A DNA stretch of 64,000 bases from an uncultured delta proteobacterium. GTDB lineage: Bacteria; Desulfobacterota; Desulfobacteria; Desulfobacterales; UBA2156. The stretch is from the NCBI GenBank assembly GCA_963736855.1, contig CAVTQK010000009.1, positions 352,001-416,000 on the forward strand. Reading direction: 5' to 3'. The notes under the pieces were generated by a model. It did no database searches, had not been told where the DNA came from, and saw only the letters and a list, made by a program, of their open reading frames with translations. Shown in pieces: positions 41,635 through 50,872 of this stretch. The translations under genes were made by a program, and so were the position numbers. Position 1 is the stretch's first letter. Every line of letters begins with the position of its first letter.

Positions 41635-41731
41635 AGCGAATCCCCAATGAACCGGTGATTTGGAAGCTGCCGGGCAACGGGGAATCCTCTGATGAGCGCC
41701 GGTTCAATACAATTTTTTTAGATTATACCCC

Positions 41732-41768
41732 AAAGGCTCTCCGGTACGCATACCGGTGAGCCTTTTTT
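41732..41768 (+). terminator. Intrinsic terminator after dodecin
   Basis: AAAGGCTCTCCGGTA-CGCA-TACCGGTGAGCCTTT followed by a T run. Confidence 0.8.
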
Positions 41769-41884
41769 ATTCCTTATTCCAATATCCTTTCCCTTTTGCT
41801 TTGACAATACCACCGAAATTGCATATCCATTACATGACGAATATCCAGTCCGGCACCAAAAATAATTTGTCGGGGGGAAAGACC

Positions 41885-43898
41885 ATGAATCCAAAAGCCT
41901 TTCGAAACGCTAAGTTCCTTTATATGGTTTTGATCGCCTGCATTTCCTTTTCAATACTTGGAAACCATCTCCTTGCTGCTCAACTTCCAGGCTCCCTCCC
42001 GGATATCGTGGTTAAAATAAGCCGTCTCGACAGAAGCCTGGAAGTGATCGATTCCCTTACGGCTGCCGGCGGCGGTGAGCCCGAAACTTCTCCGAGCGCC
42101 ATGGTAAAGGGTTTACTCCATGGAACCGACTGGATCGACTTTTCCCGTCCCATCGTGATCGGAATCGAAATCAAGGACCCGAAACCGGATGCAACCCTTT
42201 TGATTCCTTTCAGCAAACCCAACCCCGAATTCCTGGCCGGCTTTCAAGGTATTGCCGGGCCCGATTATTATCTTCTTGCACTTCCGCCTGGAGGAAAAAA
42301 ACCATCGGAAGCCCTGGGATCGGTCCTGGCGGCCGCCGCCCGGTCCAAACTCGGAGCGTCGGCGAGTGCCGAAATCGCCATGGATAACCTATTGAAAAAA
42401 GTCGACCCCAAGATTCAGCAGGCCTTGTCCTCCTTGAAGTCCCTCCCTCCGGAACAGATTCCTGAAAACATGCCCCTTTCACCGGACCAGCTACGGGCGA
42501 TGATCGAAAAAAGTATCGACACCGCCAGGCAAATCAAGACGCTGGATATCCGCCTCGATCTTTCATCCGACACGGTTGCCTATGAACTATCGCTTATCAC
42601 CAAGGCAGGCACCGAAATGGCCGAGCTATTCACCAAAGGGAAGGAAACCGGCCGGCTGGAAGGGTATCGCCCTCGGCTTCAGATGAACTTCAAATCCCGC
42701 TCTTTTCAGGCGGAAAAAATGCTTGCCCTCATCGGGAATACCTTCGGAAAGTTTTATCAGAGCATGGGAATCGATTTTGCCAAGAGTCGTTGAGCTTTGC
42801 ACCCATTTCACCGGCGAGATGGCGGGAGGAATGTCTATCGGTGAAAAGCAAATCACCCTCGAAATGATCTACGTCCTTAAGGGAGAAAAACAAAGGGACG
42901 ATTTTATCGAAAAGATCTATCTGCCCTGGCTGACCGATTTTGGTAAGGTCATGCAAGATGCCATGGAAAAACAACTCAACACTCCCGTGGAACCCATTTT
43001 TTCCCGGATGCCGGATTCCACGGTGGCCGGCCGTCCGGTCTATGGCATCCAATTTCGGGTACCCATACCTCCCGGCGCTCAAACAACACCCGATCCGCTT
43101 CTCTTCAAAGTACTTAGTAACTATGCATTTCGGATGACCATGGTCGACGACCTCCTGCTCGCCGCATCCACCGATGAGCAGCTGGGACGGCTGATTCAGG
43201 TTGCGGGCAAGTTACGACCTTCGCCGGAAAAGGGCCCTCTAATGACCGTTGACTACGATTTGGCCGCCTATGTCGAATCCCTCAGGAAAATACTCCCGGG
43301 ATTTCCCGGCACAAACCAACCCCTTCCCCGGCTGGGAAAAATGGTAATGATACTCGACGCAGACAAGGGTCGGGCCTCCCTGAAGTCCACGGTAAAAACA
43401 AAAGACATTCAAACTCTGGCCGGCTATTTAAGGGGCGTTCCTCCTTCCGGTATCCATGCAAGCAAGAAACAGGGCACCGGTCCGGAACCTGCAAAAGCCA
43501 AAACATCTGCCTCAGACCAGAAGGCGGGGCAGACCCCAAAAACCGAGGCCTCCGGTTGGTTGAAAAAGGGGACCCTCGCTGTCGTTTCAGGGGACAATCC
43601 TTCGGCCGTAGCGCACTTCAATAAAGCTATTGAACTCGAACCGGAAAACGGCGATGCCCATTTTCAACTCGGAGTGACTCTCGGTGAGATGGGTGAATAT
43701 TCTAACGCCATCGAAACCCTGAATCGCGCCATTTCCCTGAATCCGAAAAAAGGGGCTTATGCTTATGCCCGGGGTCGTGTATATTTGCTGTCCGGAGAAA
43801 AAGAAAAGGCCATGATCGATTTAAAACGAGCGGCTGAACTGGGAGATTTGGACGCACGGCACTATCTGGAAAAGGTTGTGACGTATCCTGGAAATTAG
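41885..43898 (+). CDS. Exported protein with C-terminal TPR repeats; +1 frameshift near 42784
   Basis: Signal peptide in ORF 41756-42793, continuing in ORF 42723-43898 (FNKAIELEP..AHFQLG..AYARG). Confidence 0.7.
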
Positions 43899-44707
43899 GG
43901 GAGGATTCCGGATGTTCTCAAGAATTCCCCCACATCCCTGAAAAAAACGCTCCAATCCGGCGGACAGTCATTATGCCCGGCGGGATAAGTGATCATTTTC
44001 CCTTTTTTTGCATTTTCAAAAAGGGTTAACCCGTGCCGATAGGGGATTGTTTCGTCCTTGTCCCCGTGAATGACGAGCACCGGACCTTCAAAGGAACGAA
44101 CAACCGACAGGTTATCAAAAGGATCTCGGACCAGCACCGTCGGCATCAGATAGCGGCGTGCAAAGGAACGGATACTGGTAAACGTAGACATTAAAATAAG
44201 CGCTTTTACCGGCCTCTTGGCAGCCAATGCACAAACGGCGCCACCGCCGAGGGATCGCCCGACCGGAATGATCCGCTTGGAATCCACATCTTTTCGAGAC
44301 ACCAAAAAGTCGTAAGCCTGAACAAAAACTTCGGTAACCGCCTCCTGGGAAGGGGAACCCGCACTCTTTCCATATCCCGGGTACTCCACCATAAACACCC
44401 CCATTCCCAAATCTAAAAAAGGGTAAAAGACTTCGGGCCAGAAATCGATCCGTTCCCCGTTACCGTGGGCAAACAGGACCATGGGGACCGGTTCCTTTGC
44501 CGAATCCCTATCCGGAAGCATCAAATAGGCCTCCACAGGGCCGAAGGACGTTTCGATCCACACGACATGGACGTTTGGGGGAAGCGTCAGGTTCTCAGGC
44601 GGCGGACCGACCATAAAACGGGGAAAAATCATCTGGCGCTGGAGAAGAAACAATAGTCCGCCGTAAACGGCGTATAACCCACCGATTCCGATAAGGATTT
44701 TTGCCAT
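43895..44707 (-). CDS. Alpha/beta hydrolase
   Basis: AHGNGE, YPGYGKS, GRSLGG nucleophile elbow, HGDKD, AGHND. Confidence 0.88.
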   Translation of the reverse strand: MAKILIGIGGLYAVYGGLLFLLQRQMIFPRFMVGPPPENLTLPPNVHVVWIETSFGPVEAYLMLPDRDSAKEPVPMVLFAHGNGERIDFWPEVFYPFLDLGMGVFMVEYPGYGKSAGSPSQEAVTEVFVQAYDFLVSRKDVDSKRIIPVGRSLGGGAVCALAAKRPVKALILMSTFTSIRSFARRYLMPTVLVRDPFDNLSVVRSFEGPVLVIHGDKDETIPYRHGLTLFENAKKGKMITYPAGHNDCPPDWSVFFRDVGEFLRTSGILP

Positions 44708-44762
44708 TGTCGATCGCTTCACGAAGGGGTGAGTTCCGCTTGTAAAAGCCTTTAACAATTTT

Positions 44763-44915
44763 GATGAAATTGTAAAAAGTCAAAATTAGGATGGCAAAGT
44801 AAAAAGCTTCAGATGCAAGGCGCGCAAATCCTGAGGAATGAGGCGTACATATGGGTACGCCGCAATGACAAAGGATGTAGTGCAACGCAGCAGATGGACT
44901 TTTTACGAAGCCATC
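44763..44915. mobile_element. 153-bp MITE-like element, copy 3 (inverted)
   Basis: Reverse complement of copies 1 and 2; perfect 6-bp duplication AATTTT at 44757-44762 and 44916-44921. Confidence 0.9.
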
Positions 44916-44920
44916 AATTT

Positions 44921-45829
44921 TTATTTTGCTATTAAAGACCGAAGCCGATCCAGATTAATGCGGTCATAATCGATGTCGCCCTCGAGTTTGGGCGTTTCGA
45001 TGATCTTGGGAACCTTTTCAAATTTAGGATCCTGCATGATAAATCCGAATGCGGGAAGGCCGATGCTTCCTTCTCCGATGTGTTCATGCCGGTCCACCCG
45101 GGAGCCGAGTTCCCGTTTGGCATCGTTGAGATGGATCACGAAAAGCCGGTGCAGGCCGATGATTCCTTCGAACTCGGTCAGGGTCCTTTCATAGGCGCTT
45201 CTGGTGCGGATGTCGTATCCGGCTGCAAATATGTGGCACGTATCCAGGCAGGCTCCCACCCGCTTTTGATTCGCTATTCCATTCATGATCGATTGAATAT
45301 GCTCAAACCGGCCCCCCACACTTGAACCCTGATCGGCCGTCGTTTCGAGCAGTAATCGTGTCTCCGATCCATGGATCGCATCGAAGATTTCGTTGATCCC
45401 GTCTGTAATCCTCCTGATCCCCTCGGTCACGCCGGCGCCCATGTGATTGCCGGGGTGTAAGATCACAAAGGGAATGGACAGAGCCGAAGACCTTGCAAGC
45501 TCCTGGGTCAGTGCATGGACGGACATCCGGAACTTTTTGGACTCCGGGGATGCCAGATTGAGCAAATACGCGGCATGGGATGCAATATGAGTGATGCCGG
45601 TTTCGATTTTTGCCCGCTCGAAGGCATCGATTTCCTTCTGAGAGAGGGTTCGCTCTTTCCAGGTGCTGGCGTTTTTCGTGAAAATCTGCAGCGCGTTACA
45701 TCCGTAAGAAGCGGCCTCATAGACGGCCCTGGAAAGCCCGTCTGCGATGGAAAAATGGGCTCCCATCAGGTATGGGCGGAGTCGGGTTTTTCCGATTTTG
45801 TTCTCTGAGTGCTGAAAAAGCGTTGTCAT
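44921..45829 (-). CDS. nfo: Endonuclease IV
   Basis: GAHFSIA, QIFTKN, HAAYLLNL, HPG, CLDTCHIFAAGYD, HLND, DRHEHIGEG, IETP. Confidence 0.95.
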   Translation of the reverse strand: MTTLFQHSENKIGKTRLRPYLMGAHFSIADGLSRAVYEAASYGCNALQIFTKNASTWKERTLSQKEIDAFERAKIETGITHIASHAAYLLNLASPESKKFRMSVHALTQELARSSALSIPFVILHPGNHMGAGVTEGIRRITDGINEIFDAIHGSETRLLLETTADQGSSVGGRFEHIQSIMNGIANQKRVGACLDTCHIFAAGYDIRTRSAYERTLTEFEGIIGLHRLFVIHLNDAKRELGSRVDRHEHIGEGSIGLPAFGFIMQDPKFEKVPKIIETPKLEGDIDYDRINLDRLRSLIAK

Positions 45830-45939
45830 TTATTACATTTTTGTATTATCTAAAAAACAGTCGGATACAAAACTTCTTTCCGCGGCATTGGCAAGCCGTG
45901 ATAAAAGGAAACTCGGCAGAATATTCACCGGAGTCTTTG

Positions 45940-47463
45940 ATGCAGCGTATTGAACAAGTCACCCTGTTGTATGAGATCAGCAAGACCCTCCACGAGCACC
46001 TGGACCTTCGCAAATCCTTATACAAGGTTTTGGAGATCCTGTCCAATTCCATGAACATGGCCCGGGGGACCGTTTCCATCCTGGATCCGGTCAGAGATGA
46101 AATCAGCATCGAGGTCGCTCACGGTCTTTCTCGCTCCGCCATCGAGCGGGGCAAATATAAACCCGGGGAAGGTATCACCGGGCGGGTCATCCAAAGCGGA
46201 AAGTCCGTTATCATCCCTAAAATCAGCCAGGAGCCCCAGTTCTTGGACCGTACCGCCTCCCGAAGATCGCAAAACGGCCAGGAACTATCCTTCATCTGTG
46301 TGCCCATCAAAAAAGGAAAACAGGTCATCGGCGCCCTAAGCGCCGATCGACCCTATGATCCGGAGTATCCATTGAAGGACGGACTTCAGTTACTTTCCGT
46401 GATCGCCACAATGATCGCCCAGCACGTCATCAACCTGGAAACCATCCGGCTGGAAAAAGACCAACTCAGGGAAGAAAACCTCCGTCTCAGAAATGAACTG
46501 ACGGACAAATATCGGTTCGCCAACATCGTGGGAAACAGCAACAAGATGCGGGAGGTGTTTCAGATGATCTCGCACGTTTCCCAGAGCAACGCCACGGTCC
46601 TGATCCGGGGAGAGAGTGGAACCGGGAAGGAACTCGTGGCCAACTCCATCCACTACAACAGCCTGCGGTCCAAGAATTCGTTCGTCAAGGTCAACTGTGT
46701 GGCCCTTCCCGCTAACCTCATCGAAAGCGAGCTGTTCGGACATGAAAAAGGCGCCTTTACAGGTGCCGTCCGGCAAAAGTTCGGGAAATTCGAGATGGCG
46801 GACAAGGGCTCCATTTTCTTAGACGAGATCGGTTCCATCGATGTGGATGTTCAGGTCAAATTGCTTCGTGTGCTCCAGGAAAAGGAGTTCGAAAGGGTCG
46901 GGGGTCATAAAACCCTGAAAGTCGACGTCCGCATCATCGCAGCCACCAACAAGGATCTGGAAAAAGCCGTGGAAGAAGAAACCTTTCGGGGTGATCTATA
47001 CTATCGCCTCAACGTGTTTCCCATTTATATGCCGCCACTGAGGGAACACAAAACCGACATACTCCTTTTAGCCGATTTCTTCTTGGAAAAATACGCCCGG
47101 GAGAATAAAAAGGATATCCGTCGCTTTTCCACGCCTGCCATCGACATGCTCATGCAGTACCATTGGCCCGGCAACGTCCGGGAACTCGAAAACTGCATCG
47201 AGCGAGCGGTGTTGTTGTGTGAGGAAGGAGTCGTCCACAGCTACCACCTTCCCCCGACACTACAGACCGGTACCGAATCCGACACGCTCCCGGCCCGCTC
47301 CCTGGAGGAGGCCGTGGAAAACCTGGAACGGGAGATGATCATCGACTCCTTGAAAAACACCCGGGGAAACACCACCCAGGCCGCTGCCCTCCTCAAGACC
47401 ACCCTCCGCAGGTTCGCCTACAAGGCCAAGCGGTACGGCATCAATTATCGGCAGTATCGCTGA
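45940..47463 (+). CDS. GAF-domain sigma54-dependent transcriptional activator (NifA subfamily)
   Basis: GAF (GEGITGRV), GESGTGKE, GAFTGA, FLDEIG, WPGNVRELEN, C-terminal HTH. Confidence 0.9.
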   Translation: MQRIEQVTLLYEISKTLHEHLDLRKSLYKVLEILSNSMNMARGTVSILDPVRDEISIEVAHGLSRSAIERGKYKPGEGITGRVIQSGKSVIIPKISQEPQFLDRTASRRSQNGQELSFICVPIKKGKQVIGALSADRPYDPEYPLKDGLQLLSVIATMIAQHVINLETIRLEKDQLREENLRLRNELTDKYRFANIVGNSNKMREVFQMISHVSQSNATVLIRGESGTGKELVANSIHYNSLRSKNSFVKVNCVALPANLIESELFGHEKGAFTGAVRQKFGKFEMADKGSIFLDEIGSIDVDVQVKLLRVLQEKEFERVGGHKTLKVDVRIIAATNKDLEKAVEEETFRGDLYYRLNVFPIYMPPLREHKTDILLLADFFLEKYARENKKDIRRFSTPAIDMLMQYHWPGNVRELENCIERAVLLCEEGVVHSYHLPPTLQTGTESDTLPARSLEEAVENLEREMIIDSLKNTRGNTTQAAALLKTTLRRFAYKAKRYGINYRQYR

Positions 47464-47576
47464 ACCGAACGCTGGGGCAGTGGAAAAATACGGCTTCCTT
47501 CGAATCGGAACTAGCCGATCAGACTGTGATTTGATTCAGATGAAACAACGATGAGAATGGAAGAAGGGTCGGGTTT

Positions 47577-47610
47577 GTCCGGGCGGTCCGGTGATCGGGC
47601 CGCCCGAGAC
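47577..47610. terminator. GC-rich hairpin between convergent activator gene and glnA
   Basis: CGGGCGGTCCG-GTGAT-CGGGCCGCCCG; no strong U tract. Confidence 0.5.
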
Positions 47611-47618
47611 GATGGTGC

Positions 47619-49034
47619 TTAAATGTCGAAATACAGCAAAAATTCATGGGGATGGGGTCGCAGCCGGACCGGATTTATTTCATGTTTTTGCTTGTAATCG
47701 ACCCACATATCGATGACATCCTGGGTGAAGACATCCCCTTTCATGAGAAACGCGGTATCTTCTTTCAGGGCTGCAAGGGACTCGTCCAGGGAACCTGGGG
47801 CGGATTCGATTTCAGCCAGTTCTTCCGGGGGTAAGTCATAGATATTTTTATCCAGGGGATCGCCGGGATCCATCTTGTTTTCGATGCCATCTAAAACCGC
47901 CATGAGAACGGCTGAAAAGGCCATGTAGCCGTTGCACGAAGGGTCCGGAGTCCTGAATTCAATGCGTTTGGCCTTGGGTGATGTCGAATACATCGGTATC
48001 CGGATGGCCGCGCTCCGGTTCCGGCTGGAGTAAGCCAGGTTGACGGGCGCCTCGAAGCCGGGAACCAGCCGCTTATAGGAATTCGTCGTAGGATTGGTGA
48101 AAGCGCACAGCGCCTTGCAATGTTTCAAGATCCCGCCGATGCCCCAGAGGGCTTCCTGGGAAAGGCCGGCATACTTGTCCCCGGCAAAAAGTGTTTTTCC
48201 CCCCTTCCAGATGCTGACATGGATGTGCATCCCGGACCCGTTGTCTTCAAACAGGGGCTTGGGCATGAAGGTTACGGTATGGCCGTGCCGAGTGGCTACG
48301 TTCTTGATCACGTACTTGAACCACATGAGCTGATCGGCCATCTCCACCAGAGGTTTAAATCGCATGTCGATTTCCGACTGGCCTGCCGTAGCCACCTCGT
48401 GGTGCTGGGCCTCAATGGGAATCCCGAGCTTCTCGAGGGTCATCAGCATCTCAGTGCGCAGATCCTGGAACTTGTCCATGGGCGGCACCGGGAAATAGCC
48501 TTCTTTTTGCCGGGGTTTATACCCCAAGTTCGGACATTCATCCCGGCCGCTGTTCCAGATCCCTTCCACGGAATCAATCTCATAAAACGCCCGGTTCCGC
48601 GACGATTCGAACCGGATATCGTCGAAGATGAAAAATTCGGCTTCGGGACCGAAAAAGGCCGTATCACCAATCCCGGTGCTTCTAAGATAGGTTTCCGCTT
48701 TTCGGGCAATGAAGCGCGGATCCCGCGAATAACTTTCCCGGGTCACCGGATCAACGATGTCACAGATCAAAACCAAAGTGGAAACCTCGAAAAAGGGATC
48801 CATTTTTGCAGTTTTAGGGTCCGGTATCACCAGCATGTCGCTGGCGTTGATGGGCTGCCAGCCGCGGATGCTGGAAGCGTCGAACCCGAATCCGTCTTCG
48901 AAACTGGATTCTTCCAGTTCGCCGATGGGCACCGTAAAATGCTGCCACAATCCCGGAAAGTCCATGAACCGAAGATCTACGACCTTGGCCCCGTTTTCCT
49001 GGGCCATTTTTAAAACGTCCGTTGATGTTGCCAT
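47619..49034 (-). CDS. glnA: Glutamine synthetase type I
   Basis: [42 protein letters not shown]; adenylylation site KNIYDL. Confidence 0.98.
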   Translation of the reverse strand: MATSTDVLKMAQENGAKVVDLRFMDFPGLWQHFTVPIGELEESSFEDGFGFDASSIRGWQPINASDMLVIPDPKTAKMDPFFEVSTLVLICDIVDPVTRESYSRDPRFIARKAETYLRSTGIGDTAFFGPEAEFFIFDDIRFESSRNRAFYEIDSVEGIWNSGRDECPNLGYKPRQKEGYFPVPPMDKFQDLRTEMLMTLEKLGIPIEAQHHEVATAGQSEIDMRFKPLVEMADQLMWFKYVIKNVATRHGHTVTFMPKPLFEDNGSGMHIHVSIWKGGKTLFAGDKYAGLSQEALWGIGGILKHCKALCAFTNPTTNSYKRLVPGFEAPVNLAYSSRNRSAAIRIPMYSTSPKAKRIEFRTPDPSCNGYMAFSAVLMAVLDGIENKMDPGDPLDKNIYDLPPEELAEIESAPGSLDESLAALKEDTAFLMKGDVFTQDVIDMWVDYKQKHEINPVRLRPHPHEFLLYFDI

Positions 49035-49143
49035 AAAAGCACCTCCTTTATTGTATGTTATTTGGGTGATGATTCATTTGAAACCGTTCTCGCTCGTTTG
49101 TCATTTCAAATTCATTTGAAACTTTCCCTGTACCGATCTTGCA

Positions 49144-49527
<384 letters not shown>

Positions 49528-50832
49528 TCAGACGATCTCAAATGCCCTCTCGCCATGAATTGAACTGTCGAGACCTTCGATTTCCTTCTCCGCCGGAACC
49601 CTCAGGCCGCCGGTTATCAAACTCGTCACTCCGATGACGATACCCGTACCCACGAGCGTGAACGCCGCGGTAGCCAGAATGGAAAGCACTTGGATCCAAA
49701 GCTGTTTCGGATTCCCATAAAAAAGCCCTTTCCCGGTTTCAATAATGGCCGGATTGGCAAAAAGGCCGGTAGCCAAGGCGCCCCACATGCCACACATCCC
49801 ATGAACGCCGAAAGCATCCAGGGAGTCGTCGTACCCTGCCCGACGTTTCAGTATGGCCACGGAAAAAAAGCCCAAAAGACCTGCGACCAGCCCGATCACC
49901 AGGGATGCCGGAAGATCCACGAAACCGGCCGCCGGCGTGATGGCCACCAGCCCTGCGACGATTCCGGAGGCGATTCCAAGTACCGTCGGCTTCCGGGTGA
50001 CGATCCACTCGGCGAACATCCACACCAGGGCTGCGGTAGCAGCCGATGTGTTGGTCACCAGAAAAGCCGATCCGGCCACCCCGTCTGCCGCCAACTGGCT
50101 TCCGGCATTGAAGCCGAACCACCCGAACCATAGCATGGCTGCCCCCAACGCCGTCAGGACGACGCTGGAGGGAAACATGGCCTCCTTACGATACCCGATC
50201 CGCTTCCCCACCACCAGTGCCAGAACAAGGCCTGCGAATCCGGCATTGATGTGCACCACAGTTCCGCCGGCAAAATCGAGGGCGCCCATCTTGGCCATCC
50301 ATCCCCCTCCCCAAACCCAGTGGGCTATCGGACAATAAACCAAAGTGACCCACAGCAGCGTGAAAATGATCCATGAGGAAAATTTCATTCGGTCCACAAT
50401 GGAGCCCAAGACGAGGGCCACGGTAATCCCGGCAAAGGTCATCTGGAAAAGGGCGAAAACCGACGTTGGGATGGTACCGTACATGCTCCCCACTCCGATA
50501 TCTTTCATGAAGACATGGTTCAGCCCGCCGATGATGCCCGCCTTGTCCGGCCCGAAGGCTAGTGTGTAACCCCACAGCATCCAGATCACGCTGGCCAGAC
50601 AATAAGCCACCAAGGTCATGGCAAGGGTGTTGAGCATATTCTTGTAACGGGACATGCCGCCGTAAAAAAGCGCCAACCCCGCCGGGGTCATCATCATGAC
50701 TAGGGCCGTGGAAACGATCATCCAGGCGGTATTTCCGGAATCCAATCCCTCTCCGGCAAAGGCATATGATATCGGCATTGCGGATAAAAGGGCTGCCGAC
50801 AGAATTTTTTTCAAACCAAAGTATCTCTTCAC
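49528..50832 (-). CDS. amtB: Ammonium transporter
   Basis: FQMTFA, DFAGGTVVH, WFGWFGFNAGS, DDSLDAFGVHG; GTG start with AAGGAG SD. Confidence 0.96.
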   Translation of the reverse strand: MKRYFGLKKILSAALLSAMPISYAFAGEGLDSGNTAWMIVSTALVMMMTPAGLALFYGGMSRYKNMLNTLAMTLVAYCLASVIWMLWGYTLAFGPDKAGIIGGLNHVFMKDIGVGSMYGTIPTSVFALFQMTFAGITVALVLGSIVDRMKFSSWIIFTLLWVTLVYCPIAHWVWGGGWMAKMGALDFAGGTVVHINAGFAGLVLALVVGKRIGYRKEAMFPSSVVLTALGAAMLWFGWFGFNAGSQLAADGVAGSAFLVTNTSAATAALVWMFAEWIVTRKPTVLGIASGIVAGLVAITPAAGFVDLPASLVIGLVAGLLGFFSVAILKRRAGYDDSLDAFGVHGMCGMWGALATGLFANPAIIETGKGLFYGNPKQLWIQVLSILATAAFTLVGTGIVIGVTSLITGGLRVPAEKEIEGLDSSIHGERAFEIV

Positions 50833-50872
50833 GACCGCTCTCCTTCTCAATTAATGGTTTTGGGTTTTATCT

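Noticed and set aside
41654..41700. Fluoride riboswitch-like words (GGTGAT...CTGATGA)
   Set aside because: The pseudoknot pairing is absent, and the position is 3' of dodecin rather than in a leader of a fluoride-related gene.
22642..44915. Repeats as a possible CRISPR array
   Set aside because: The three copies are 153 bp long and kilobases apart; there is no repeat-spacer periodicity and no cas gene.
45940..47463. Calling the activator nifA / inferring nitrogen fixation
   Set aside because: No nif structural genes in the window, and the candidate sites are not TGT-N10-ACA.
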